Below are positions 37,860 to 49,266 of a stretch of 64,000 nt of DNA, one piece after another; the stretch's first letter is position 1, and each line of letters opens with the position of its first letter. Source of the stretch: Podarcis bocagei (taxonomy: Eukaryota); assembly GCA_964188305.1 (NCBI GenBank), contig OZ076888.1. One strand, given 5' to 3'. The notes under the pieces are model-generated. The model was not told the DNA's origin. It searched no databases and saw nothing but the letters and a program-made list of their open reading frames with translations. The translations under genes and the position numbers were made by a program.

Positions 37860-38167
37860 AGGTCGGCAGTTCGAATCCCCACAACGGGGTGAGCTCCCGT
37901 TGTTCGGTCCCAGCTCCTGCCCACCTAGCAGATCGAAAGCACCTCAAAAGTGCAAGTAGATAAATAGGTACCACTCTAGCAGGAAGGTAAACAGTGTTTC
38001 CCTGCGCTGCTCTGGTTCACCAGAAGTGGCTTAGTCATGCTGGCTACATGACCCGGAAGCTGTCTGCGGAGAAACACCGGCTCCCTCAGCCTATAGAGCG
38101 AGATGAGCATGCAACCCCAGAATCGTCCCCAACTGGACCTAACGGTTAGGGTACCTTTACTTTACTT
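37860..38167 (+). mobile_element. 5'-truncated Sauria SINE
   Basis: Highly similar to the 36294 copy. TSD TAAGGGATGA / TAAGGGAAGA. Confidence 0.95.
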
Positions 38168-38592
38168 TAAGGGAAGACATAGCAACACATCAGGGTACTT
38201 TGATGCAGTCCGGACTACAAGTAACAGAAACAGGGATCCAGAATAACACTGCCCAGATAACACAGTCTCATCCTTGAACCCTTACTGGGCAAAGGGGAGG
38301 ATGGGGCCTTGGGAGACAGCAAAAACTGAGTTGTTTGACAGTTGCAAGGAGAATGCCTGATCATTGTTCTGATGTATTGGATTTTTAAACATATTTAATT
38401 TCTGAACATATTTTTAATTTGGTTTTTAAAAGAGATTTTTTTCTTGTGTTATAAAACAAACAAACAAGGAAAAGTATGAATCGAAAAAGGAGACACTATA
38501 TGTAAAGCCTTTTTCACAGTTCATTTGCATTTGGTATGGGACACTATTATGAGAGACATCTGGAGAGGGGAGAGGGAGAGAGATGAGGAGTA

Positions 38593-38834
38593 CAGTGGTA
38601 CCTCGGGTTAAGAACTTAATTTGTTCCGGAGGTCCGTTCTTAACCTGAAACTGTTCTTAACCCGAAGTACCACTTTAGCTAATGGGGCCTCCCGCTGCCG
38701 CCGCACTGCCGGACCACGATTTCTGTTCTCATCCTGAAGCAAAGTTCTTAACCCGAGGTACTATTTCTGGCTTAGCGGAGACTGTAACCTGAAGCATCTG
38801 TAACCTGAAGCGTATGTAACCCGAGGTACCACTG
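38593..38834. mobile_element. Tc1/mariner (Tigger-like) MITE
   Basis: TIRs CAGTGGTACCTCGGGTTA / TAACCCGAGGTACCACTG with TA TSD. Confidence 0.95.
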
Positions 38835-38889
38835 TAATGCTCTTTCATTCTATTGCATAGGGTTTGTGCTAGCATCACATGGGTGAGTC

Positions 38890-38891
38890 AT

Positions 38892-38922
<31 letters not shown>
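38890..38922. repeat. (ATTT)n microsatellite
   Basis: Directly visible. Confidence 0.95.
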
Positions 38923-40740
38923 GGCATTGTGAGAGATTAGAGGGTCCAGAACTTGGTTGCTTGCATTCAGTTGGTTGCAACATGGTTGGCTTGTATGTGT
39001 GAGAGGACTGGAAGAGAGAGAAGTCTCCAATTTTAACCCAGCACCATGTTCTAAGTTCAGCTCTCAATAACAGTATGTATTTTATGTCAACCAAGTAGAC
39101 ATCAGTAATGACATTCCTATGAAATCTCTTGACAAGGAGAGGGTTATGAGGCACAATTTATGATTAATCTCTGGCTTTTGATATACCGCTTGAGATGAAT
39201 AATCATATATGCATGTGATCCAAAGAGAAATGCAATCTAGAGCAGAGAAAAAATGGTGGGCAGATATTGCTGTATGGCTTCCAAAGGAAACAGATTCAAC
39301 ACACCTTCCATGTTCAGTCTTCATAGTGGTGAAGGTCACCACTATAAAGAACTTTGGGGAGGGACATGAAGTCTATAAAAGCTAAAGGGACACATTTGGA
39401 AATGATTAATTGTTGTCTTCTATGAGGTGAAAATGAACAACTTGTGGGGGGGGGACCTTCAAAGTTAAGTTATAGGAGTCTCATGTTGGGTTCAGGCATT
39501 GCTACAATAAATAAGGAATCTTGACACTGAGCTAGGGCACCTAGGTGGTTCTATAGTAATAATAAAATCACAAGGCTGAAAGTATATGTGTCTGAGACAG
39601 AAGAATTTAGCCAAAACTGTCTTTACACATGTTAAATTTATATTTTGCATTATGTAATATGAGAGGAGCCCAGAAAGTGGCTGACAAATCCCACCAGTGT
39701 CAACTGCTAGTACCCAAAGGAAACAAAACGTTTAGTTTTCCAGCCATTGTCCTGCAGAACTGCATTTAAAAGAGATATATAGGCCGAAAATATAAATAGC
39801 CAGTAGCCGTAAAAAAATAATTCCAAATGGCTGGGTTATGGCTGACAGAAGTGTAAACACATCTGGCTTTTGAAATACTAAACAAAAACCAGAATAAAAT
39901 AAAATCAGGAATGGATTCACCTTTCTCCTCATCATAGGTACTATAATATTACTATTTTCTAAAAATGAAAACAGATATTAGTTGTGCAGTATGCATACAA
40001 TATAAGAAGAACAGCAAATTTTGGTACTACATAGATGGACAATGTGAAAAAAATGCAACAAACCAAAGGTTCGTATTGCACAACCCATTGTATTATAAGC
40101 ATGAGAGGCAGTGAGCATCAGAGACAAAATCGAATGTTTGTGGCACAGTGTGAAGCCCTTTTATCTTTTCCATGAATCTGAAAGTCAAGACAGGGTTTCA
40201 GCTCTCATGGCTCTGGACACAGCAAAATGAAACCCAGGTATTCTCATTATGACCCCTCCTCTGTACATACATTTGCAAACTATTTTCACCATCCACCACT
40301 CCTACAGACCTGGTCTTAGCCTTTTTGCTGCAAGAGGCAAAAATTTGCCACCCTTAGACTGATGCTTTATGTTTTTAATCTTGAAGCAGGACCATCAGAC
40401 CACTTCATGACTAGGGTTGGCCTTCATTCTAGCTTTTGTGGAAAATAAAGTAGTCGCAAAAGAAAAATAAGCAAAGGTAAGCCCATCTGATTATGTTTTC
40501 CAATCTAATCACTGAAAAAATGACTAGATTTTTCTTCTACTTGAGGACAACTGAATCAACATAGGGTAATATTATACCACAATTGTGTGAGCATATGTAA
40601 GTGGGGAAAAGTTTACTTGCAATGGATTAGCTGGTAGATTTGCCCATTCTCCAGAGCCTCAGATCTCACAGTCAAAGGAAGGAGCCCAGAATACATCAGG
40701 GTGAGTCATGCTGGGGGTGGGACAGAGATACTGTCTAGTG

Positions 40741-41221
40741 CAGTGTTTCCCAACCTTTTTTGGGCAAAGGCACACTTGTTTGATGAAAAAAAATCTCGAG
40801 GCACACCACCATTACAGCCCCGTGACGTCAGCGCGCAGCGTCACGCCGGGAGGGACACACGAAAGTGTAAGTTTCAATTTTTTTCCCTCCCCCTTGCCGG
40901 GGAACCTCCAAGCTTTGGGGGTGGGGGGGGAGGAGGCAGCAAAGCGAGGCAGGAAGGAGAGCGCGGCTTGGCTGGGTGAGCTTTGGCAGAGAATGAGAGC
41001 CGCGAGGCGGGCGCTGCGGACGGAGGCGCTGCCCGCCGAGCTCGCAGGCAGCCAGGCAGGCAGACGGCGAGAGCCCCGCGCTGGGCGGCCTCTCCTCGCC
41101 GCCGCCGCCCCGCCTCTCGCCGCCCAACTCGCCCGCCTCCCTCCAGGCAACATCTCGCGGCACACCAGGCAACATCTCGCGGCACACTAGTGTGCCGCGG
41201 AACAGTGGTTGGGAAACACTG
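40741..41221. mobile_element. Young non-autonomous hAT (Charlie-like) element with CpG-rich core
   Basis: Perfect 15-bp TIR CAGTGTTTCCCAACC, perfect 8-bp TSD GTCTAGTG, and a 22-bp subterminal tandem duplication at 41143-41186. Confidence 0.96.
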
Positions 41222-41807
41222 GTCTAGTGGCATCTCATATGCCATGGGGCAAACATGGGTGTGGAGCTAATAGCAGAAACTTACAAACCAGACAAAGCAA
41301 ATTGTCCCTTTCCTTTTCGTGTATCACTCTGAGACAAGGTAAGTAAAACCATTTGAAGTTCAGGTCAGTCTCCAAGACCTGGAAATGCCAAGCCCTTTCC
41401 AAAAACAATCCTATGAATAGACTCAACAACAAAAAGACAGGATCTCAGTTACAGGTTTTTTCCAAGGACAAGTGGGTGTGAGAACCTAACCCGTCTGGTT
41501 TAACTTTTGTAAAACACAGTATATTTGCTCAGAGGAGTTTTATGAAAAGTTATTCTTCTAACTGCCAAATGTTCAATCAGATTTAGGAAAAACGTTTGTC
41601 AAATTAACTGGCCATTTATTCAGCACTCTTTGAATGTTCAGAGCATTTCAAACCGAAGAAGAGCGTAATACCTACAAACAGCTTTGTAAAGTGGGCCAGC
41701 GTTATTATTTCAGAGCAAGCTGAGAGACAGTGACTTGCCCAGGTTCACCTATAGTCAAGGTGAGATTTGAAGTGGGGGCTTCTCCTCCGCCACCTCCTGC
41801 TCCTATA

Positions 41808-42005
41808 TTTATTTATACCCTCCCTTCTTCCCTGATGCGACTCAAGGAGGCTTACAGATAAAAACAAGAACTGCAATAAAAATAGCACGGCACCAGCCCT
41901 TTCATTAAAAGCAGGCAATTCCCTAAGACCTGTTTTTCTCCTTCACCTGCCAGCAGAAGGACAGCAAGGAGGGAGCCATTCTCTAGGGAGGGAGTTCCAA
42001 AGCTC
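41808..42005 (-). mobile_element. L2 3' end (different subfamily)
   Basis: TTTATTTATACCC tail, CTCAAGGAGGCTTACA, and GGGAGGGAGTTCCA (WNSLP on the minus strand). Confidence 0.7.
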
Positions 42006-42229
42006 CACTCTCACTACACATTTAATCACCTAGGGTGGGACTCGCCTAACAAGCCCCATCATCAGATGCCCTGCACAAAGGCTTTCCCGTATGCAATGGA
42101 GCTTTCCCACCTCTCCTCCTCCTCCTCCTCACATATTGAGTCAGGGGGGTCAGGAGAAGCCTCAGAGCAGCACTAGGGAGGGGAAGGTATTTCATCTGGC
42201 AAGCTGCAATGCTTGTGTAAATGGAAGGA

Positions 42230-42432
42230 CAACCAAGTCAAACCAAGATGTTTAAAAGGTTGGATTTGTGAAGAATTAAGTTTGTTGTTTTTGTTTATTG
42301 TTCCCCCCTTTTTTCCTCTTTCTTCTTTTTTCTTTTTCTTTTTCTGTTTTTGTGTATCATTTTGCTTTGAGGTTTGTGTTATCACTGTGGAAAATCTAAT
42401 AAAAAAATTATTTTAAAAATTATTTAAAAAAA
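42230..42432 (+). mobile_element. Possible L1-type 3'UTR and tail
   Basis: T-rich UTR ending AAAATCTAATAAAAAAATTATTTTAAAAA. Composition evidence only. Confidence 0.35.
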
Positions 42433-42559
42433 TATTGGAAGGACTGGGATACTGCAATGTTGAATTTCATCCCCAATCTGTAACTCCTAGTGGGTTTTGT
42501 TGTGATGGGACTCACCACTATGGAGTACCAACCATATTTTATCAAACACATACACAAAG

Positions 42560-42652
42560 CACTGACAACTCCCGTCATACCTGACCATGCTGGCTAAGGC
42601 TGACAGGGAGTGGCAGTCCAATAACACTTGGAGGGCTACTGGTTAGTTACTT
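42560..42652. mobile_element. hAT MITE fragment
   Basis: ACAACTCCCGTCATACCTGACCATGCTGGCT...GGGAGTGGCAGTCCAATAACACTTGGAGGGC, same family as 12951. Confidence 0.7.
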
Positions 42653-42799
42653 CATATGCATAAATGACATTTCATCTAACCAAAAAAAAAGGGAAGAATG
42701 TGGGGAGAGTGAAATTAGAACTAGCCCCCAGTTCCTGGTATTATTCCTAGCTTGTCTCTCTATTTGTGAAGAAGGACCAGCTGCAGGAATAGACATCTA

Positions 42800-43023
42800 C
42801 AGTGGTACCTTGGTTGTCAAACTTAATCCGTTCTGGGAGTCCGTTTGACTCCCGGAACCATTTGAAAACCAAGGCGCGACTTCCGAATGGCTGCAGGAGC
42901 TTCTGTGTTGGATGTTTGGCTTCCAAAAATTGTTTGAAAACCGGAATGCTCACTTCCCGGATTGTGGCATTCGGGAGCCGATTTCTTCAGGAGCCAAACC
43001 ATTTGACAACCAAGGTACCAGTG
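42800..43023. mobile_element. Tigger-like MITE (second subfamily)
   Basis: TIRs CAGTGGTACCTTGGTTGTCAAA / TTTGACAACCAAGGTACCAGTG with TA TSD. Confidence 0.92.
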
Positions 43024-43355
43024 TACAGCACTACAGTATTTTAAAATGCTTACTCGGAGAAGAAGAGCATCGTTCACAACGCACTCCATATACCATCTCA
43101 CATGCATACAGGGCTGCCACCAGAGAGCTATGTCAGAAGACATTCTGTAAGTGTTTGGTGCTATTTTCTCTTCCACAGGCACACAGTGGAGAGTCTGCAT
43201 GGAAGAGTAGGCCTCTGAAATTTTTCAAAGGCTTTATAGACCCAAACATAGCAGGGTAACATGCCACCAAAGATCAGTCTGATTTTGCATCCAGTCTGGC
43301 AATGTACCAGTGAAAGGCCCCATCTACTCCCCAGCTTTAGGCACAGAATAGATTG

Positions 43356-43588
43356 AGGCAGAGGGCCTCCTCGGTGGTGGCACCCACCCTGTGGAACGCC
43401 ATCCCATCAGATGTTAAGGAGATGAGTAATTATATAACATTTAGGAAACCTCTGATGGCAGCCCTGTATAGGGAAGCTTTTTAAGGTTTAAGGTTTTTAT
43501 ATGTTTTTATATATGCTGGAAGCCACCCAGAGAGGCTGGGGCAAGCCTGTCAGATGGGCGGAGTACAAATAAGTTGTTGTTGTTGTTT
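43356..43588 (+). mobile_element. L2 3' end
   Basis: Encodes RQRASSVVAPTLWNAIPSDVKE, followed by the 3'UTR stem-loop and a (GTT)n tail. Same family as 60034-60393. Confidence 0.92.
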
Positions 43589-44640
43589 CTAATATTTCTA
43601 ATGCTGCGCAGATCTATCTATCTATCTTGCTCAAACGTATTGCCTTCCATGGTGCACCCCACATTCATCTTTGAAGAAAACTCATCCACCACTGCCCCTC
43701 CCAATCCCAATAACCAGATACTACCACTTGTACCAAAGAGACAAAAATAGCAATGTGACAAACGGCCAAATGCACACTGTGACACGTGCAGGTTTCTAAA
43801 TAGCATCGTTCATGGTGTCCATGTGTGCTAATGACATTCCTTCTGCTTGACCCCCCCCCTTAAAAAAAACAAAAACCCACAGCTTCCCTCTTAAGGGAGG
43901 GGAGTGGCAAAAAAAGAAGGGGGAAGTAACTTCACTTGCTTGGAAAAGATTCAGCAAAGAAAATATTGGTTCTGTTTCAGCACTTCACGAACCTCTCTTT
44001 TTCTTGAGGCATAAAGGACTAACTGCCCCAAGAATGTGACAGGGTTTGGGACGAGAAATTTTCTGTTGCAGCCAAAGAACCTTAAAAACGTGGCAGTAGG
44101 TGCAAGAGCAAGAGGGCTTTTTGCAGGTGTCTTTTTAAAAGTTTGCCTATGAAGCCAGCTTGTAAATCGCCACTTGTACTTGATTGCCTGTGGCAACAAT
44201 GAATGGCCTTTAGGTAACCAGTCAAGGAAGCTTTACAATAATTGGTTCCTTTTTTCCTTTTAGGCCACAAATTACAAACATACAGATGCTCCAGTAGGCA
44301 GGATAATACATTTTTTGCAGGTTCATAAATGTTGCAGAGATTTATTTGCAAGGCTACTGTGAAGTGTTGGCTACTGCGCCTTTCTTCTTGTTTGCACTGT
44401 AATAAATGCCGTTGTATTTTCCCCACTTCTCCACCACATGTTTACTTTCACAGTTCACGTGACTAAAATGGAATGGTATTTTTTTTAAAAAAAAACCTTA
44501 ATGGCTTAAAAGAGGCTTTTGGTTGCAGAACTCCAATAATGGTTCATTTTATCCCATATTTTCTTTTCTGGTTAATTATGTTTATTGGCCAGTGCTGGTG
44601 CAGACATACTGCAGCCAAACCTGTTAACCATGGTTAAGAA

Positions 44641-44778
44641 CAGTGCTATTTTTCTAGAAAAATAGCTTCCAGAACTCACCATGAACATCTCTCCTGTTCT
44701 CTTACAATGGCAATGGCGCCCACCTGAGAAGAGCCGGAACTGAGTTCTGGAAAGTTCTAGCCCGGGGGAAAAGCCCTG
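44641..44778. mobile_element. hAT MITE, 138 bp
   Basis: Ends CAGTGCTATT / AAAAGCCCTG with 8-bp TSD GTTAAGAA / GTTAAGAG. Confidence 0.85.
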
Positions 44779-44873
44779 GTTAAGAGATTGAAAAGCAGGC
44801 TGCACGCTCACAAAGCCCTTCTCCCAAGACCCTAGCTCACACATGAGCTCCCTCTTTCAGCCCTAATCGTGGT

Positions 44874-44955
44874 TAGGGCTGCCATACGTCCAGACATAGC
44901 TGGGATTCGACCCTTGCTGAAACGTCTGGGGAAATTGAGACGTATGGCAACCCTA
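44874..44955. mobile_element. hAT MITE, 82 bp
   Basis: TIRs TAGGGCTGCCATACGTC / GACGTATGGCAACCCTA with TSD ATCGTGGT / ATCCTGGT. Confidence 0.9.
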
Positions 44956-46276
44956 ATCCTGGTTAATTATTATGCTGGCACCAATTTTCAGCAACAGGCA
45001 GTAGTAACTCAGAGTTACTAGAAATTAGAATTTGAAACCCCCTTCAGGTTTTAGCTGAACATGAAACCTGGCGTGAATCCTTCTCCTCTCCTCTTCTTCC
45101 TGGTTAAGAGTTAAATCCATCTTCCCAACCCCACCCCTCATATTTAGACTGCAAGCTCTTTGAAGCTACAACTTGTCCTTTGCTTATGTGACTTTGAAAA
45201 ACACCGCCTATGTTGGTGATGTTGTATTAATCACAGAGAGTCATATGTGCATTTATTTTATGTATGTGCATAAAGGTCTTTACAGAGCAGTAGCATGGCA
45301 GGAAAAAAGAAAAGGACAGGTCCCTCTCAGGTCACTGGATATGTTCTCCAGCCTGAGCTGCCTAGAGAGAGAAAAAAACCCCTGAAGCAACAGTCCAGAA
45401 TTCCTCTTGCTTACTGTAACATCGAGCGCAAGTTCTCAGCGTCTAAAAATATCTGCCAGAAGGACTTTTGTTCTCCAACAGCTTAAGGGAAAATCCAGCT
45501 GACAAAGCTAACGATCCAAATAACACACCATTTATTTTAGGGTGTATGCACAAGATCACACCCTTTTTATTCTGTATTAATTAATATCGAACTATGAGTA
45601 CACCCCCTGCTTCTGTACAGATGATCAACGATGGAGATTAAAAGACACCAGTCCACATGTAAGCATAAAAGAAAGGCTGGAAGAATCCCACTGTTTTAAA
45701 GGCTTCAATTAAGTCTTAAAAAGAAGAATTCAGCTGAGTTGTGGATTACCTAATTTGTGTGAACTCTAAAATAATTACAAGTTTAGACAACAGGTTTTGC
45801 CTGATAATAGATAGGCTAGATAACGGGGTTTTTTATCAACCAGTTACATGTTCTCAGCCAGCATGAAAGAAACCATGCAATGCAAGGAACTGTGTTGGCC
45901 ATTTCCCTGTATCTCCCCATTTCAAGTATTTTTGCAGTAAATTAAATGGCAGCTCACTTATGACCAAGGACATTCATGTACCATTTCGCTGTAGTGACAT
46001 TTGGTATTGGACTATGATCAAACCTAGCCATTGCAAACAAGAGCACATGACTAATCCTCGTGGCTGTCTTTTTTGCAAACCATTCAGTACACCATCACAA
46101 GATCTCAGCTCCCTTGATCCTTCATTACAGCTATTACGTACTTTCACTACAGCACAGTTTGTCCTTTGGCTTTATTATTACACTGTTTTAGAATTTAGCC
46201 ATGTAACAATCACAAACAAATAATCATTTATATGGATGTGGAAATGAGGTCTTTGTCCAATAGATGGCAGTTAGGA

Positions 46277-46830
46277 TATGGTTACCAGATTTTTTTTAGT
46301 GAATCCAGGGACACTTGTTTTTTTGGTGTTTTTTTAAAGCTGAGTAGCAACAGGGAGTCAGTAGTGGGGATGGTGAGGCAAGCACACATTGCATATTGTA
46401 TAAAGGTGCAAAGCCCTTCTTTTGCACCCTGTGAAACATAAATGCACAGGGTTTTTTTAAAAAAACTGGGCAATGGCACGCCACGCGCCCATGATTCCCG
46501 AGCCTTCCCTGATCTCCTTCCCCCTTCCCCCCTTTGTTTTGACAGATCATGGGAGGCTCGGGGGTCACGGGTGGGTGGCCGTTGCCCAGAAGGGGCCAGC
46601 CTGGTAGTGCAGTTGGCTCTGGCTGCCTTCAGGAGCTGCTCACTGCTCACTGGCGTGGTGTAGGAAAAATGGCGGGCGCCATGGCAGCGAGCTGTTCCTG
46701 AATCCAGCCAAAGCCAACTGCACTAACAGGCTGGCTCCGGGCTGCTGAGGCTGCCGCTGCCACATTTCCCAGGGACAGATTTGCAAATCCGGGGACTGTC
46801 CCCAGGAACTGGGGGCGTCTGGTAACCCTA
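46277..46830. mobile_element. Non-autonomous hAT element, 554 bp, GC-rich core
   Basis: TIRs TATGGTTACCAGA / TCTGGTAACCCTA with TSD AGTTAGGA / AGTTAGGG. The ends are shared with the 125-bp MITE at 33640, which lies in the opposite orientation. Confidence 0.9.
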
Positions 46831-48877
46831 AGTTAGGGTATCAGATTTTGTGTGTGTGTGTGCCAAACTTCAGCTCTCTGACAAAAATGATAGAAGATTT
46901 TCTATAGGCCAATCATTTCCCCAGGTCTCCCGAGCACTTCTTGCTGATACATGATCCATTGTTTCATTAGCCATGACTTCAGCCTGGAACCTCCTGCCCT
47001 GTGTCACAGCTGGTTCCTCCTTTAGCAAGAAATTCACAGCTACAGAACAGAACTATCCTCTTCAGATTGCATCATGGCTTCACCCCCAGACAGCTTATTG
47101 ATTCTCCTGACCAGGGCTAGCAATAAATAATTCCACATTGGGCCTGGGCAACAGTTCTGGTTGAGATCTTGCTGATCCGGTTTATTAACCTCTTGCATTG
47201 ACCTCTCGTCTGATACTTTCTTGCATCCTGTTCTTTTCAGACGGAATCCTGGCAAAGAGTGACTTGGGTTTGGGCAGCTCCTTTCTGAAAACACCTCCTT
47301 GAATCTCAAGCCATCAGCTCATCCAGCTCCCCAGCAATTATGACTCCTGATCCTGCAGATATTCACATCTGCCTGCCACCCAGTGTCAACTATCCACTCT
47401 TAAAATGATTGTCCCGTAGTTATCCGTTCCTTTTCTTATGCAATTATACATGTCTTCCTTGAACTTTTACAAAAGCTCCTTTTCAAATTCTTGTTGAGGT
47501 TTTCAGATCGGTTTCCCCCCCTATAACTGGGTGCAGCTCACCTTCCCAGATTGTTCAGCCTTTGCCACCTACTCTGTTCTGGACCTCTCCAGTTCAGCTT
47601 TTGGGGCCCTCCTTCTCTTTCCTTTACTTCTTAATAAAACTTCATAGATCTCTGTTGGGTTGTACCAAGTCTCAGTGGAGTCCAGAATTGCTTCTAAAAG
47701 TTTTGAGCTACGGAATATTGTCAGGCCTCCCAGATTTATTCAGCCATGAGTAGGGCTAGTCCTAGACAAAATTATGTCCCAGGCATGGAGTTGTCAATTT
47801 GATCATCCTTTCTAATACTGTATTTTGCATTGCATTGGTAGACCATTTCACAATTTTGATGTACCATTTACATGTGTGGCTGATTCCTAGCATATAATAA
47901 ATTTGCACACAGGACAATCTCTTACACCCACTCACCATTTGTTGAATGGGCACTGATGCCGTAAATTTTCCTAACAATAATAATCGTGATGGTGATGATG
48001 AAGTAGCAGTAGTAGGAATCTGAACACAATGCTGGCCTTGCAGGCCAGTGCTGCCAGCTTAGCAAGTAAAGATGAAGTGTTTGTATATTTTTGCTCATCT
48101 ATTAAACAGAACTTGAGCAGGTAGCCTGTGACAGACACTTCAGTGCCTGGAGCGCCACATCCAGTATCCTCAGTTGGTAACTTGCTGCTAAATCCAGGTT
48201 GGCCCATAGGATAGTGGCCAAGGCTACCATTTTATCACCTGCATGCATCCTCCTGATTAAAGACTGCCATCAACAAAACTAACATCAGACTAAAAGACTA
48301 ACATCAACAAAACTAAAGATACAGTGCGAAGTTCCGTATCAAATGTGTTTCTTCCATTATTTTTATTTATTTCTTGCTCATTATTGTCATAGGAATAATG
48401 ATTCCAAATTACATTTTGTGCAATTCATCATTATTAAAGCAAACCTTGCTTGAATGAAAATCAAATTAATTCATTCCTAATAGGAGTGCCTCCAATTTCA
48501 GGTGAAGCCATTCAGATGAGCGGGGTAAAAAAAATCACCCAGCAAAGGCTTAAATACCTAATAGGAGATGAGAAATCAAACGGGAATTAATGTGGAGAAA
48601 ACATAATTAAAAGAAAAACCTTGATTGAATTTAGACAGAATTGACATAACAGTGCAAATTAACTTTGTACAAAAAAGTATTCACTGAGAAAACAATAAAA
48701 AGGCATTTCATTATTAATCTATATTCAAACAATAGAGCTGGCTTAATGTGAAACATAGGGTTTAATAGCCACAGTTTACAATGGCTGTCAGGAGTTGATG
48801 TTAACATTAGGATACCTAAATATCAGGAAATGAATTGTTAGAAATTGTATCATTAGAGGATTCTAGCAATGACAAAC

Positions 48878-49097
48878 ATATTTAAGAAGGATGTTGACAA
48901 GCTAGAACGTGTGGAGAGGAGGGCAACCAAGATGATCAAGGGTCTGGAAACCAAACCTTATGAGGAATGGTTGAAGGAGCTGGGTATGTTTAGTCTGGAA
49001 AAGAGGAGTCTGAGAGGAGATATTATAGTCATCTTGAAATATCTAAAGGACTGTGACATGGAAGATGGAGAAAGCTTGTTTTCTCCTGCTCTGTAGG
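48878..49097 (+). mobile_element. CR1 ORF2 C-terminal fragment
   Basis: ORF 48869..49096: [47 protein letters not shown]. Confidence 0.95.
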
Positions 49098-49189
49098 GCT
49101 GCTGCAACAAACAGCTGTACAACTCTTTGTGAGGCAGAGATGCAAGAGGGCATCAGAGGAGGGAAGGAAGGAAAGAGGGATAGAGGCCA

Positions 49190-49266
49190 GTGTTGCCTGT
49201 GACACCCCTGACCATCATTCAAGGCCCCCCCCAAGGGTACTATAGCACACTAGTTGAAAACCACTG
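49190..49266. mobile_element. hAT-Charlie right end
   Basis: Ends GCACACTAGTTGAAAACCACTG. Confidence 0.55.

Noticed and set aside
38930-39350. Possible decayed L1 ORF2 (KKWWADI-like)
   Set aside because: The similarity is too short and interrupted to support without a profile search.
40701-41270. Cluster of overlapping 90-160 aa ORFs on both strands
   Set aside because: All are centred on the GC-rich hAT element bounded by TIRs and a TSD. Stop codons are simply rare there and the peptides are low-complexity.
46900-47760. Pyrimidine-rich block that might be a decayed LTR or retroelement coding region
   Set aside because: No diagnostic motif, terminal repeat or TSD could be identified by eye.
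48268-48316. Short direct repeats CATCAACAAAACTAA resembling a repeat-spacer unit
   Set aside because: Only two copies, consistent with slippage duplication. No CRISPR-like array exists in this eukaryotic window.
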